From: a virus
Length of the DNA: 64,000 bases
IMG/VR virus record: IMGVR_UViG_3300024263_000001
Span: 10,353-74,352 of that record
Direction: 5' to 3' (one strand)
The first letter of the stretch is position 1, and every line of letters starts with the position of its first letter. This document shows, one piece after another, positions 8,423 through 19,049 of this stretch. The position numbers and the translations under genes are program-made. Under the pieces are notes generated by a model. It made no database searches, had not been told where the DNA came from, and saw only the letters and a program-made list of their open reading frames with translations.

Positions 8423-10018
8423 CTATTCTAAAAGCCTGTCAATGGCTTCTCTCAATCTTGAAAGATCTCTAAAGTCCTCATTAACAATTCTATCAAGATC
8501 TGATTGAATTTGTGTAGTTAATCCTGACACTTCATCTACTCTTATCCGCAACTGTTTATATTTGGCTTCCCAATCAGGGGCGGGAACTTCAGCTCCTTGT
8601 TCCAAATCAACGTCCCAGAAGAGATTATACTTTGGCACAAACCTCCTGAACCAAACATTGATAATCCAGTCTTCCATTGAGGGCCAGTAGGCACCGCCAG
8701 TATAGTAATAGTATGCACCTCTTAGATTTCCATTAGCGGAGTTCAATTTACTTTTCAGTTTCCTTAACCCCTCAATAATATTCGTATAAGGATCTTTTAA
8801 TTGTTCTATGGTTTTATCTGTGTGTTCTGCTACAACACCACAGAGCCCGACGGCGTGGAGTTTACGCCCCGTAGGTATGCCATCCTTCTTCTCATCAAAT
8901 TCATTCACAAAGTTGGGATCACAGGGATCCTTTTCATTGGCAATAATAACCGCCATCACCTTTGCTGGCGAGACAGGAATCCCCTTGTAATCTGGAATTG
9001 GCACATTATAATCCCTAGTTGCCCTTCCCACTTCTTTCTTGAATCTAGCCACATCAGGTCTAACATTCTTCCAGACATCCATTGGTTTCTCCTCCCAATA
9101 TACTTGCCCCTCTATCAGCTGACCTAATTGGGGTAGTATCGGCCCCACATGATAGCCACCCGTATTCCATTCACTTTCTCTGCCTGCATAGCAGAAGGTA
9201 TGGTGGGAAAAAACCCCTGGCTTGTGGTAGGTGTCATCGTGGGCGGCTTGGTGTGCCTGAATATATCCTTTGTCACTTAAAATGTTTTGATACCCATAGG
9301 GCTCGCCTCGCATCGGGTCGCCCTCTGGGAGTGCGTTCGTCCATATCTTCCCATCCAAGATTCCCTCGCCGATGATGACGGGGGGAATCTGGTCAAGTGT
9401 TCCCATTATTTGACCTATTCGGTCAAGTTGATGCTCCCAGTGCCCTATTCTCCATTTATAGCCCTGATCTCTGGAAGTGAAGACCCAGGGCCAATCATAC
9501 TCATTGAACCCAAGCGCATCTACATAAGGTAACGCATCTGCATATATCTCCCACAGCCCCAGGTTGCCCTTGAGGATATGAGATTCGGAGAAGCAGAAGT
9601 TCATGGAGAGGAAATCATAGGCGTGCATAACATCTGCAAAGCCATATTCTAAATTTGTCAGCTTGCGAGCATCACCAGATGACCCTATCCAAGGAAATCC
9701 AGGCTCATTATAGGAATGTCCCATTAAAGGATTTGGCATATCCTCGAAGGGAAAAAGGCACTTGACAACACGCCACGGTAGCGGTTCCTTCCCCTCCCCT
9801 ATCCCATCTGGCCAAGAGCGGAATATCCAGAGGGTCTTAGGCGAGGCATCCATGGCCCTTCGCATGGCATCTATCTCATTGTCCTCCCAAGGACGCCCTG
9901 GCCTTGCCTGGCCCCGCTCGTTTACCACGATTATGCTAACTGGTTTATACTTTGCGACCCAGTTCAAAACTTCATCGTGAACTCCGATAGAAACTAGGCT
10001 AAGTTTTGGGAGTCCCAT
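8423..10018 (-). CDS. Putative endolysin: glycoside-hydrolase-like N-terminal domain, SLT/lysozyme-like domain, coiled coil
   Basis: NEP and GE motifs of a TIM-barrel GH; SLT-like pattern IIANE...AVGLCGV...LKDPYTNIIEG...GNLRGAYYYY; adjacent to holin. Confidence 0.6.
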   Translation of the reverse strand: MGLPKLSLVSIGVHDEVLNWVAKYKPVSIIVVNERGQARPGRPWEDNEIDAMRRAMDASPKTLWIFRSWPDGIGEGKEPLPWRVVKCLFPFEDMPNPLMGHSYNEPGFPWIGSSGDARKLTNLEYGFADVMHAYDFLSMNFCFSESHILKGNLGLWEIYADALPYVDALGFNEYDWPWVFTSRDQGYKWRIGHWEHQLDRIGQIMGTLDQIPPVIIGEGILDGKIWTNALPEGDPMRGEPYGYQNILSDKGYIQAHQAAHDDTYHKPGVFSHHTFCYAGRESEWNTGGYHVGPILPQLGQLIEGQVYWEEKPMDVWKNVRPDVARFKKEVGRATRDYNVPIPDYKGIPVSPAKVMAVIIANEKDPCDPNFVNEFDEKKDGIPTGRKLHAVGLCGVVAEHTDKTIEQLKDPYTNIIEGLRKLKSKLNSANGNLRGAYYYYTGGAYWPSMEDWIINVWFRRFVPKYNLFWDVDLEQGAEVPAPDWEAKYKQLRIRVDEVSGLTTQIQSDLDRIVNEDFRDLSRLREAIDRLLE

Positions 10019-10301
10019 TTTTCATTTCCTCCTTCATAGGACAAATTGCTTCATAAAACATTTCATCCCTGCGCTCCCCTTTATGAGTACGAGCAGGCCG
10101 ATTGCATACAGAACAGTAATCCATAAATTTCTTTTGAAAGTAAATAACTCTAATGAGCCTTCCTCGGTCATGCCCACAAGAGAGTCGCTGAATCGCTTGG
10201 TAAGGATCGAAACTATAGGCAACCAGCCCACAAGGACATTCACATTTCCAGGCCAGAAGGGGATAAGGCATTGGTTTTATCTCTCTGGTCTTTCTTTTCA
10301 T
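9999..10301 (-). CDS. Hypothetical Cys-rich protein
   Basis: CECPCG and CSVC; overlaps the endolysin start. Confidence 0.5.
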   Translation of the reverse strand: MKRKTREIKPMPYPLLAWKCECPCGLVAYSFDPYQAIQRLSCGHDRGRLIRVIYFQKKFMDYCSVCNRPARTHKGERRDEMFYEAICPMKEEMKNGTPKT

Positions 10302-10397
10302 CCCCAGACCCTTATCATACTATTCAAAACACTTCTCATCGTCGCTACGGGCTTCTAAGGGGCCTCTCCCCCGCCTAGATTTCGCATAGGTTGCCTT

Positions 10398-10577
10398 CTA
10401 GGAGGTAGACGATGGGGTTTCCTTCTCCAGTTTATCAAGTGGCATTAACTTATCAGAACACTCATCACAGAAATAAAGCGCCCGAAACATTGTCGGCATG
10501 GGCCGCGAGAGTTTCCCCCCACACTTACAACAATCTTTAACAAACGGCTCTCCTTTCCCATACTCCTCACAGCTCAT
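10398..10577 (-). CDS. Small zinc-ribbon protein (59 aa, below the ORF-track cutoff)
   Basis: MSCEEY...CCKCGG...FCDEC; AAGGAG RBS; start overlaps the RuvC stop region. Confidence 0.5.
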   Translation of the reverse strand: MSCEEYGKGEPFVKDCCKCGGKLSRPMPTMFRALYFCDECSDKLMPLDKLEKETPSSTS

Positions 10578-11100
10578 TTTCTTTCTCCTTTAGATAAACC
10601 AACCCTTGGCAGATCGCATCTGCCTCATGCTGAGATAAATGTTCATTCCCCGTCCATTGGCGGGCATAAGCAAGGGCTCCTTGTTTTCCTTTTATTTTTA
10701 ACTTACTTCTTACACTAAGAACATTCATCTCTTTAACAGGGATATCAGATTCATAAGCAGACATTTTGATAATCCCACATATTTCTCCATTTCTAGTAGA
10801 GCGGAAACGACCAAAGGCAGGCTCAATGAGCATTATACCAAAAGTGTGGCGGAGTTTCAAATTCCAGAGATGACTCCAGAGTGATTTGTATCTGCCCGCC
10901 TCACCAAGATCTTTCTGGAAATCCATTACTCCACTTTCAAGAAGTATACTGTGAAAAACGCAGGGCAATTCAATAGGAGGATGAAGGACTGCCCACCCCA
11001 GTTTCCAGCCTGGGTCGATACTGAGAATGGTTCGGGGAATTACCTCTATCCAAGATATCTCATCTTCAGGTTTTATCTTAATCGAAGATTTTATTTCCAT
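10567..11100 (-). CDS. ruvC: RuvC-like Holliday junction resolvase
   Basis: ILSIDPG...IE...HEADA catalytic motifs. Confidence 0.8.
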   Translation of the reverse strand: MEIKSSIKIKPEDEISWIEVIPRTILSIDPGWKLGWAVLHPPIELPCVFHSILLESGVMDFQKDLGEAGRYKSLWSHLWNLKLRHTFGIMLIEPAFGRFRSTRNGEICGIIKMSAYESDIPVKEMNVLSVRSKLKIKGKQGALAYARQWTGNEHLSQHEADAICQGLVYLKEKENEL

Positions 11101-11343
11101 TTCTTATCTCGAAGGCCCCAAAGAAAAATATAGCCCGCCGCCACCGCTAAATACCCTTTCCATTTCTTTTTCCTCCTGTAGTTATTTAACATCTCAACGA
11201 TTTTATCATAGAACTCATCTGCTTCCAAATCCTTGAAGGTATCTGGTCCATACTTGGCTTCCCCGAATTTGAGACTGTCCCATATCTCATGGAAGAATAT
11301 CTTAAATTGGTCTTTGTATTCCATTAGAGGCATTTCCTTCTCC

Positions 11344-11625
11344 TTAATATAGGGAATCGGCAGGAGCACCAAATATAGTCTCAGCCCATTCAATAGATGA
11401 TGAATTTTCATTGAGGGGACGATTAGGCGCAAAATCGGGAGCATATTTCAGTTCCCCTACCAGTACGGATTGTTCTTTGGTTAGTTCCAGGTATGCATCT
11501 GCTTTCTTTCCACATGCTGGGCAAACATAAAGGATTGATGTTCCCAGCAATTTTTTAGTTCTGTTAGAAACTTGTATGTAATCATCCTCTCCACAGACAA
11601 TACATCCACATCTTAATAATTCCAT
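11344..11625 (-). CDS. Zinc-ribbon protein
   Basis: CIVC...CPAC; likely start MELL at 11625. Confidence 0.5.
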   Translation of the reverse strand: MELLRCGCIVCGEDDYIQVSNRTKKLLGTSILYVCPACGKKADAYLELTKEQSVLVGELKYAPDFAPNRPLNENSSSIEWAETIFGAPADSLY

Positions 11626-11852
11626 TATAGAGCCTCCTTTATTGTAAAGACCGCACCAAGAGCACCAAAAAGTGCAGGGCGACTCTCCACTCTTTTTTCT
11701 ATATACCAATCCCAAAGTATGTCTGCCAATCTTAATTGTGATGCCGTTGTTACATTCTTAAATTTCTTGATGATCCCACTTTTTAGGGTACATATAACGA
11801 GGGATGGTTCATATTGTATATAGATCTTTCGTTGAAGTGTTCTTTCTATCAT
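11625..11852 (-). CDS. Hypothetical protein
   Basis: Tightly coupled ORF in the operon. Confidence 0.45.
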   Translation of the reverse strand: MIERTLQRKIYIQYEPSLVICTLKSGIIKKFKNVTTASQLRLADILWDWYIEKRVESRPALFGALGAVFTIKEAL

Positions 11853-12199
11853 AATATCTCCTCATAATATGCCTTCATTAAATCTGACATTAGTTCCCAA
11901 GGTGCTATAGCAAAACATAGTGGGGAGCGGGCATTATCATCCAGACAAATCTGGAAGATTCCAATCCGATTACTGTCTATTGCTTTGTCGAAATGATCTT
12001 CCAACATTGAGCGGCGGAGGGTAACTTGTTTCTTGGCTGTCGTTTTCCCTTCAATCAGGAAACCATCGGCGATGAGTCCCTTAGTGGGCGGGCCTTTAAC
12101 ATCTCCTTTGGCTTGCCATCGGGCTCCACTTGCGGGTTGTCGTTTCCCACCAGTTTCCTTGGCTATTCGTTCCTCTTGTTTCTTACTCTTTTTTGTCAT
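11849..12199 (-). CDS. PD-(D/E)XK nuclease, Hjc-like resolvase
   Basis: KQEERIAK..GG...SGA....KGDV...LIEGK; likely start MTKK at 12199. Confidence 0.75.
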   Translation of the reverse strand: MTKKSKKQEERIAKETGGKRQPASGARWQAKGDVKGPPTKGLIADGFLIEGKTTAKKQVTLRRSMLEDHFDKAIDSNRIGIFQICLDDNARSPLCFAIAPWELMSDLMKAYYEEIL

Positions 12200-12346
12200 T
12201 TCCCTTTTTCGAGCAATCACATAAATGACCATCAATTTCATCTGACTTTTTGGGAAAGGGATTTATTTTTATTTCCCCAACTTTTCTACTTTCACCCGGT
12301 GACATTTGTATCCAACCACCACATTGTTTGCAAGTTTTACATATAA

Positions 12347-13330
12347 TCATTTCTCCTCCATTTTCTTTCTTACCTCTAAATATAGACTCTCATATATCTC
12401 TGGGTCTTGTAACAGCTCTCTGAATTTGGATGCTCTAATCTTATCCCCTTTATATTCAATCCACCCTCCCCCTGATGTTGGAAGAACCTTAAACTTACGG
12501 ATAGCCCATATTAAATCTTCAATGAGATTAAACTCTCTCTTAACAAATGAGAAATCTACTTGTCCTTGACGGAAGGGCGGGCCAACCTGACTTTTGGCAG
12601 TTCTAAATTTCATAGTGTAGCCAATTACATCCTTGTCCTTATCCTTTATCCAACTCCCTTTCTTAACTTCTAATCTGATACTAGTAAGATGTTTAATCTG
12701 CTTGCCCCCAGGTTGAATCTGTTGCCCAGGGATGAAAGAACCAATGGCATCTCTCATTTGATTGATAAGAAGAACAGTCGCTTGATCCTTTCGATTAAGA
12801 CTATTCCAGATAGGAAGAGCCTTATTCCATACTTTAGCAGAGATAGCAATAGTCTTCTTAGTAGCGGGGGCATCGGCAACCTCTTTCATTATAATGGAGG
12901 GGACAGAATCAATTACAATAAGCACTTTGCGTTCTTGGTTCTCAATAAGAGATGATATAAGTTCAATAAGAGTATCCCCTATATTGATATTTGAGACCAT
13001 AACTTTAGCCCTATCCACACCCAAATAGGAGGCAAACTTGGAATCTAATTTCCTCTCAGCATCGAAAAAGAAAACAGAGATACCTTGTCGCTGGGCGATG
13101 GAAACAAATCTAAGGGCTAGGGTAGTCTTCCCCGAATTTTCTCTCCCAAAGAATTCAGTAAAACGTCCCAAGGGAAGACCACCCCCCAACACCCAGTCAA
13201 CCGCAAGGATGCCACTTTCGATGAACCCTGGTCTTTCAGGGATCCCCAGACGGATAACACCCTTCCCATGCTCCTTCTCTAGTTGTTTAACTAGAGATTT
13301 GAGAGCGGCGGGGGATTTATCCTTTGTCAT
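12347..13330 (-). CDS. recA: RecA/UvsX recombinase
   Basis: GGGLPLGRFTEFFGRENSGKTT, DAE, VIDSV, INQMR, PGG; likely start MTKD at 13330 overlapping the MTase stop. Confidence 0.95.
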   Translation of the reverse strand: MTKDKSPAALKSLVKQLEKEHGKGVIRLGIPERPGFIESGILAVDWVLGGGLPLGRFTEFFGRENSGKTTLALRFVSIAQRQGISVFFFDAERKLDSKFASYLGVDRAKVMVSNINIGDTLIELISSLIENQERKVLIVIDSVPSIIMKEVADAPATKKTIAISAKVWNKALPIWNSLNRKDQATVLLINQMRDAIGSFIPGQQIQPGGKQIKHLTSIRLEVKKGSWIKDKDKDVIGYTMKFRTAKSQVGPPFRQGQVDFSFVKREFNLIEDLIWAIRKFKVLPTSGGGWIEYKGDKIRASKFRELLQDPEIYESLYLEVRKKMEEK

Positions 13331-13803
13331 TTCCAACTCCAAGAACGGATTGTTGGTGCCTTTGTCTGCGTTGCCCCCGTCCATATAACAATACAAGAAG
13401 GGAAGGGGGCAGAGGATTTGGCCCCCACAAATTTGACCCTCCCTCTAATAAACCAAATTTGTTGTGCTCTCATTACAAAACTATGCCACCATTTAGTATC
13501 TGTTCTGGCAGGTAATAGAGCAACAACAGTTATACTATGTTCCCGTGCCTCCCAAAACGCCTTTGCAACCCAATCATCTATTTCTCGGCCATAAGGAGGG
13601 TTCATCCAACAAATCTTGTCCTCCCAAGATTGCTTTAGGCTATCATCCTCAAGGTTAAAAAATTGCTCGCACTTAGTATTATTCTTGGTAGCACATACAT
13701 CCAAGTCAAAATGAAATATCTTATCCAATGTACCAAAAAGATCTTGTGGTGTTTCCCATTCACCACTTTTTGAAGAGAAGAGAGATGGGTTAAGAGTCAC
13801 CAT
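13327..13803 (-). CDS. Phage DNA N6-adenine methyltransferase (phage Dam family)
   Basis: WETPQ, LDVCA, WMNPPY, LLPARTDT.WWH, GRVKF. Confidence 0.9.
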   Translation of the reverse strand: MVTLNPSLFSSKSGEWETPQDLFGTLDKIFHFDLDVCATKNNTKCEQFFNLEDDSLKQSWEDKICWMNPPYGREIDDWVAKAFWEAREHSITVVALLPARTDTKWWHSFVMRAQQIWFIRGRVKFVGAKSSAPFPSCIVIWTGATQTKAPTIRSWSWK

Positions 13804-13963
13804 CGAATCCAAGGTACTGTTATTCCAAATACTATGGGGACCGCAACGAATAGGAACAATATAAAGAGGATGATGTGTCCTGCTATCCATAGGGTTCCAA
13901 ATCTTGCTTCATAAGGCAACTCTGCCCAAGAATTACCTCCCCATAAGCGCCGTAATATGAATC

Positions 13964-14584
13964 TCATTTCGTTTCTTTTACCCATTTGATACATTTCTTG
14001 AACATATCTCTATAATCATCAATCTTATCTCTGTTTCTATCCACAAAGTCGGGGGTCCAGGTCCCGTAAACTGTAAAGTCTATACCCCAATTGAAGGGAT
14101 CAGGGAATGTAGTGAATCTATCGAACTCCCCCCCTAATACTTCCCAAGTTACTTTTCCGAGGGCGATAATGAGTCGAGGTTTCACAATTCCTAACTCTGC
14201 ATAGAACCGCCCCTTACATCTTCTAAAGTAATAGGATTGAATATTAGTAACATCATTATTCTTAATAGCACACTTAACCAAACAAGTTAGGAAACTTTCT
14301 TTTAGCGGGAACTTGGCTTTCATTCCAAGCCATTGAATGAATCTTTCGCTCTTTTTATCCCCAAAGGCAGTAAGAGTTGTTTGTCCCTTGAAGACGGGCT
14401 GGGTTCCGACTACCATATAAGTTCGGGGTTCTAACCAGCCCGCTACAATTTTACCTCCACTATGAGGACACCATCCCCCAGTCTTACCAGTTATCTTTCC
14501 TTCCTGGGGTGTATTTCTTGGCCCCAGCCCCCGCTCACAATTCTGACAATTTTGAAGAGCATTGTCCCATTCGGTTCTAACCAT
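13964..14584 (-). CDS. Family-4 uracil-DNA glycosylase-like protein, catalytic motifs divergent
   Basis: CxxC, VVGTQP, LTCLVKC, ELGIVKPRLIIALGK. Confidence 0.7.
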   Translation of the reverse strand: MVRTEWDNALQNCQNCERGLGPRNTPQEGKITGKTGGWCPHSGGKIVAGWLEPRTYMVVGTQPVFKGQTTLTAFGDKKSERFIQWLGMKAKFPLKESFLTCLVKCAIKNNDVTNIQSYYFRRCKGRFYAELGIVKPRLIIALGKVTWEVLGGEFDRFTTFPDPFNWGIDFTVYGTWTPDFVDRNRDKIDDYRDMFKKCIKWVKETK

Positions 14585-15306
14585 GTATCTCTCCTTGCCA
14601 TTTCCTCCACTTCTCGGCAGTTTCTTTATCTCTTTCTTCAACAATGAACTGATAAGTAGAAAGATCAGCGAATAACCTTCCAGTTATATCAATGAATATC
14701 AAATGTTCGCTCAGGACTTCATTTATTTCTTCTTCGGCATATTCCCAGATATTTTTAATTTTTATCATGTCCATAACCTTTTCTCCAATTCTCGAATGAG
14801 TTCCTTGTTAGACGTTTCATTCAGAAATGCCCGACGAATGAGATTAACCGTTGCTCTCGGAAAATAGTTCTGTAACATAGTGAATAAACTCAAAGCATCA
14901 TCTTGTATCCATCCTTGATCTTCATTTAATGGCGGGCGGGGGTGAACTGTTATCTCTATTTTCCCTTCTTGGTTTATCGTTCCAATAGTATGAAAACTAT
15001 AGAGGATCATTTCCCCTCCTCTTTGCGAAGGGCGATGAAGGTACTTGCATCATCATGTAACATCCGAGCCATCCAGTCCCTATTCTCTATGTTGGCACTC
15101 TTGGGCCATTCCCATCGCCCCACCACTCTCAACTCTTCATCCAACCGCCCATCACGGACGGCGGAGAGAACAAGTCTAATAATTTGCGATGGGCTTTTAT
15201 CGGGCAACCTGTTCTCTTTTCCTGCTTTATATACATCTCTTATTTCTTTTATCAATTCCTCTGGCATCATTTCTTTTTCCTCCAATGTATCTTGAACTGA
15301 CCCCAT
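14577..15306 (-). CDS. Three small hypothetical proteins (14577-14774, 14765-15010, 15007-15306)
   Basis: Overlapping stop/start coupling between PolB and UDG. Confidence 0.45.
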
Positions 15307-17525
15307 TCCACATCTGGAAAAACTACATTAAGAATTCTCATTGTGGGTTTCATTATTTTTCTATCCCAATAATAATCGAGGGCGGCCTCGCCTCTATATT
15401 CTTCAAGAAGAACCCCTTCCAGTTTCTTCTGCTTGGGTGGCCCTTCCGTAATTACATATTGTATGTTAATACCAGGATAAAATGGCTTTCCATCCTCTAT
15501 CATTCGGGAGGCTATCCTTGCATATACCAAATCTGACTTATACTCAGCAGGGTATTTGCTTACCATCACGCTGATTGCCAAATCCTCCCCCCTTAGTGGT
15601 CCCTTTATAAATTTGGATTTATTCTCAACCAACCATTGTTTGAAAAGTTCGGGGTCCTCATCCCCGCTAGGGGCGATTAGCATATCGTAAAGTTCTTCGA
15701 GGAGTCTTACAGTATAAGGTATAGTATTTCTCTTAACACTCTCCAATCCCTTTACATCAATGAAATCGGCGGGGTGCTCACCACTCTGGATGACATGTCC
15801 AAAGTAATTCTTCTTCCCACAGATAACCAATTTATCATAGACGGTTTCTAATTTTATATCGAGGATCGGATGTTTAATACCAAAGTCTTCTTTAAGTGCT
15901 CTTTTCAGGGTTCGGGCATACATATCCATCATATTATCTAATCCCCACTGTTCTCCATCATAGACAATACCAATTGAATCCGTATCCCCGAATATAATCT
16001 CAGCCCCCTCAACAGGTTCAAAAAATCCTTTTGCCAGGTTCAAGAAATAATGACCTACCAAGGTTACGGACTCGGCAATCTTGGGATTAAAATACCTGCT
16101 TCCTTGCTGGGCCATCACACCATAGACGGCATTTGCCATTGCTTTGGCTACTGCCTGACCTACATCATGAACTTGATATTCTGGAGTATCAATGTCCATA
16201 ATGGATTGGGCGGCCCGCAACCCCTCCCGATACTCATTGAATCCTTGAATCACAGATGGAATAATCCCCATTGGCTTTTTCTTATAATAGAAATCATTAA
16301 CTGAACGATAACAACCTCTTTCTTTCTCTTCTCTGAAGGTCTCTGGGCTGATATTCCATGTTATTATGGTACTTGGGTACAAGGATTTGAAGTCATATAC
16401 ATAGACCATCTTATGATAACCCACTCTAGGTTCCAAGACTAGACCACCTTTAATTGCTGTTAAATGGCCCTTCCTCCGCCAGAATATGGTGGGGAAACGA
16501 TGATTACTAATACCTTTCCTACGTTGCCTCTCAGACTCTCGGAGGGCGGCCATATCTATAATCTTACCCGTACCACGATACTGTCTGCTTATGGCTCGCA
16601 TGGTTGTCCCACTCAACATGGCCTGTTGGATGAGGGAATTAACCATACCTGTCTTTTCATCTAATTCCTTGATCAACCTTACATCGTTGAGATTATATTC
16701 TTTCAATTTCTCTCTATCATGATTGAATAGTTCGGTCATTTGACCGACATAATTTTCCTTCGTTTTTCCAAGCATCTGCTCGGCCACGTTTTTGAGACTC
16801 CATCCTCTTATCCTCAACTTCGAGAAATAAAGTGAGACAACAAACCGATGAAGAAGATCAATATCTGCAACCTTCCAGAGAACATCCCTTAATCCATACT
16901 GCTCGAATCTTTTACGAAGATATGGCCAATCGAATTTACTTGAGTTCCATCCAACGGCAATGTCAAATGAAGATAATATGCGGCCAACCTTAACTAGTAA
17001 CTTTTCTTCATCATCCTCGGCTACCCATAATTCTTTCCCCTCCCTGTTTATGAACCCACAACATAGAATTCGATATTTGCCAATTTCAATTCTCTTTTCC
17101 GTGTCATCAGTCTCAATGTCAAAGTAGACAATCTTATAATTATCTGCTATGGGAATAAGGTTATCTATACAGTACCTATCGGCGAGCGAGAGGTCTCCTT
17201 CAAGTGGTTTAGCCCCCGATGCTATGATTTTTTCTAGGAGTTGCTGTTTGACTGCCCTTTCAGGGTAAGTGTGGCGATTGCTGTAGACACGCACATATTT
17301 ACCTACGGGATCCATCTCCGTTTTCCTAATCAACCCTTGCAACCGCCATTCCGTTAGTTGTTCCATGTCTAGTTTATTATAATCATCCTTCGTCAATAAG
17401 AAATACCAAGAGGTCGGGACCTGAGAAATCCTTCGCTTTCCATCATCGCCTCTTCTTACCAGGGATACGGTCTCGTTATCAGTTGTCCAAGCATCCAGAA
17501 TCCCAGGTCCCGACTCTTCTACCAA
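15267..17525 (-). CDS. polB: Family B DNA polymerase with 3'-5' exonuclease
   Basis: FDIET, GWNSSKFDWPYL, YNLND, YDFKSLYPS, KAMANAVYG, GDTDS, KKNY. Confidence 0.97.
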   Translation of the reverse strand: MVEESGPGILDAWTTDNETVSLVRRGDDGKRRISQVPTSWYFLLTKDDYNKLDMEQLTEWRLQGLIRKTEMDPVGKYVRVYSNRHTYPERAVKQQLLEKIIASGAKPLEGDLSLADRYCIDNLIPIADNYKIVYFDIETDDTEKRIEIGKYRILCCGFINREGKELWVAEDDEEKLLVKVGRILSSFDIAVGWNSSKFDWPYLRKRFEQYGLRDVLWKVADIDLLHRFVVSLYFSKLRIRGWSLKNVAEQMLGKTKENYVGQMTELFNHDREKLKEYNLNDVRLIKELDEKTGMVNSLIQQAMLSGTTMRAISRQYRGTGKIIDMAALRESERQRRKGISNHRFPTIFWRRKGHLTAIKGGLVLEPRVGYHKMVYVYDFKSLYPSTIITWNISPETFREEKERGCYRSVNDFYYKKKPMGIIPSVIQGFNEYREGLRAAQSIMDIDTPEYQVHDVGQAVAKAMANAVYGVMAQQGSRYFNPKIAESVTLVGHYFLNLAKGFFEPVEGAEIIFGDTDSIGIVYDGEQWGLDNMMDMYARTLKRALKEDFGIKHPILDIKLETVYDKLVICGKKNYFGHVIQSGEHPADFIDVKGLESVKRNTIPYTVRLLEELYDMLIAPSGDEDPELFKQWLVENKSKFIKGPLRGEDLAISVMVSKYPAEYKSDLVYARIASRMIEDGKPFYPGINIQYVITEGPPKQKKLEGVLLEEYRGEAALDYYWDRKIMKPTMRILNVVFPDVEWGQFKIHWRKKK

Positions 17526-18175
17526 GCCTCCTCTTCCTCCTCAGATTCTTCGAGGAATTCAAGTTCATCCTCTGGGGCTCCCTCAGTTACAGTAACGAAG
17601 CCTTTACCCACATAACCCTTGCTCAGAATGTCCGAAATCTCATCTGGGTCTCTCCTTTCATATTCCTTGTGGGCGGCCTCGTTTGCTTCTTCAATATCTG
17701 ATTTACTTACCTCCTTTGGTTTAGGGTACTTGCTCTTCTTCACGGGCACGACAGTCCATCTCGTCTTAAACCCAGTACCACTACGGCTAATCTTGAAAGG
17801 TATGCTAAGGATGGTATCTTCCTCTTCAAATACTGCGAAGAGTTGATTCATGAGTGTTATCCCGAAATCACGAAGGACAATTCTGCCATCCTGAGTAACC
17901 ATGATAAACCGTCCTCTACGGGACTTCCTACGCATATTCTCATCGGGATGGTTACAGAGCGGACAGCCCTCACCAGTACAACTAAACTCATACCATCTGC
18001 CTCGATACTGGATTCTCTTGCCGTGTCTCCAAGCCTTGGGGATTTCAAGGAGATCTTCGGTGAAGTACACAACGACAGACTCCCCATCCTCCACTCGGAG
18101 GAACCCCGTCCCGCTTGGTTTCCAGAATTCCTGAAGCTCTTCTATTTCTTTGTCCTTCTTACTTTTCCTTCCCAT
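17519..18175 (-). CDS. Single-stranded DNA-binding protein (gp32-like)
   Basis: H...CTGEGCPLC zinc site, ISRSGTGFKTRW, acidic tail EESEEEEEAW; next to the polymerase. Confidence 0.75.
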   Translation of the reverse strand: MGRKSKKDKEIEELQEFWKPSGTGFLRVEDGESVVVYFTEDLLEIPKAWRHGKRIQYRGRWYEFSCTGEGCPLCNHPDENMRRKSRRGRFIMVTQDGRIVLRDFGITLMNQLFAVFEEEDTILSIPFKISRSGTGFKTRWTVVPVKKSKYPKPKEVSKSDIEEANEAAHKEYERRDPDEISDILSKGYVGKGFVTVTEGAPEDELEFLEESEEEEEAW

Positions 18176-18337
18176 TTTCTTTTTTCTCCTTAAGGATACT
18201 TTCTAGGATCCGCGATAATCTCGCCCCATAGAGGAACCAAGCATCCGCTTGACCATCTACATAGCCCAGTTCCCCAATTAGGGTTTCGCAGAGTCCTTCT
18301 ACGATTATTATCTTTTTATCGTTTTCTTCCTTTAGTC

Positions 18338-19048
18338 TCATTTCAGTTTCTCCATTTTGTAGCATACATGGTGGAAGGAGCAATACCGACATGTTTCACT
18401 ATGCGGCGATTCTCCTTCCATTTCTGGTATCATTGTCTCGTCTACCGCTTTTAATATTTCATTTCCCCTCTCCTCTATTTGTTTAATGTCCTCTTCAGCT
18501 AGTTCGATATCTATAGCCTTAATTGGTTGCTTTGTCTGAGACCAATGTTTAGGATTAAATACCTTGGATTTGTCTACTAACAGGAGGAGCCCCTTTCCTC
18601 CAAGGGGACAAAGCATTGAAGTGAGCCGTCCCCTCCCCACATGTGGCTTTCCACCATTAAATGCATAAAGTGTGGCTTTTAGTTGTCTCTTGTATTCTAC
18701 TGATATCTTTTTCGGTATCTGTTTTAATGCTTTGATTTCAACGACAATTCCCTGCGGGCCGATATAATCGGCTTTTCCTATAATGGGGCCATGAGCCACG
18801 GTATAGTTTTCTCTCCCGCCATATCCCTTCATCAACAATCCCTGGATGAATGCATGAACCAGTGATGATTCCCCCATTCTTAATTGTGCTTGATAGGAGG
18901 GAGGAGTGGGTTCTCCCCGCATAGCAAGGTAAACTCTCCGCTTACACCAACCTATTCGACTTGCCCAGACTCGTTGCTTAACTGTCTGGGGCTGTGTCAG
19001 TTGGGCGAGAAGTCTGCGGCCTATGTCCTTGGATGTAAATTCAGTCAT
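18338..19048 (-). CDS. Cas4-like PD-(D/E)XK exonuclease
   Basis: ASRIGWCKR, GKAD...EIK, Q...TLY, C-terminal CRYCSFHHVC. Confidence 0.8.
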   Translation of the reverse strand: MTEFTSKDIGRRLLAQLTQPQTVKQRVWASRIGWCKRRVYLAMRGEPTPPSYQAQLRMGESSLVHAFIQGLLMKGYGGRENYTVAHGPIIGKADYIGPQGIVVEIKALKQIPKKISVEYKRQLKATLYAFNGGKPHVGRGRLTSMLCPLGGKGLLLLVDKSKVFNPKHWSQTKQPIKAIDIELAEEDIKQIEERGNEILKAVDETMIPEMEGESPHSETCRYCSFHHVCYKMEKLK

Positions 19049-19049
19049 T

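Noticed and set aside
13331-13396. Longer ORF-track starts for RecA (also for the MTase, UDG, GroES and SpsF-like genes)
   Set aside because: The extensions overlap upstream genes; downstream ATGs have RBSs or stop-start coupling.
15267-17525. Archaeal virus assignment based on PolB and the Hjc-like nuclease
   Set aside because: Sigma70 promoters, GroES, DnaG/DnaB, holin, SLT/3D domains and a bacterial lipobox point to a bacterial host.
18338-19048. Cas4-like gene as evidence of a CRISPR-Cas system
   Set aside because: No repeat-spacer array or other cas genes; solo Cas4-like nucleases are common in phage replication modules.
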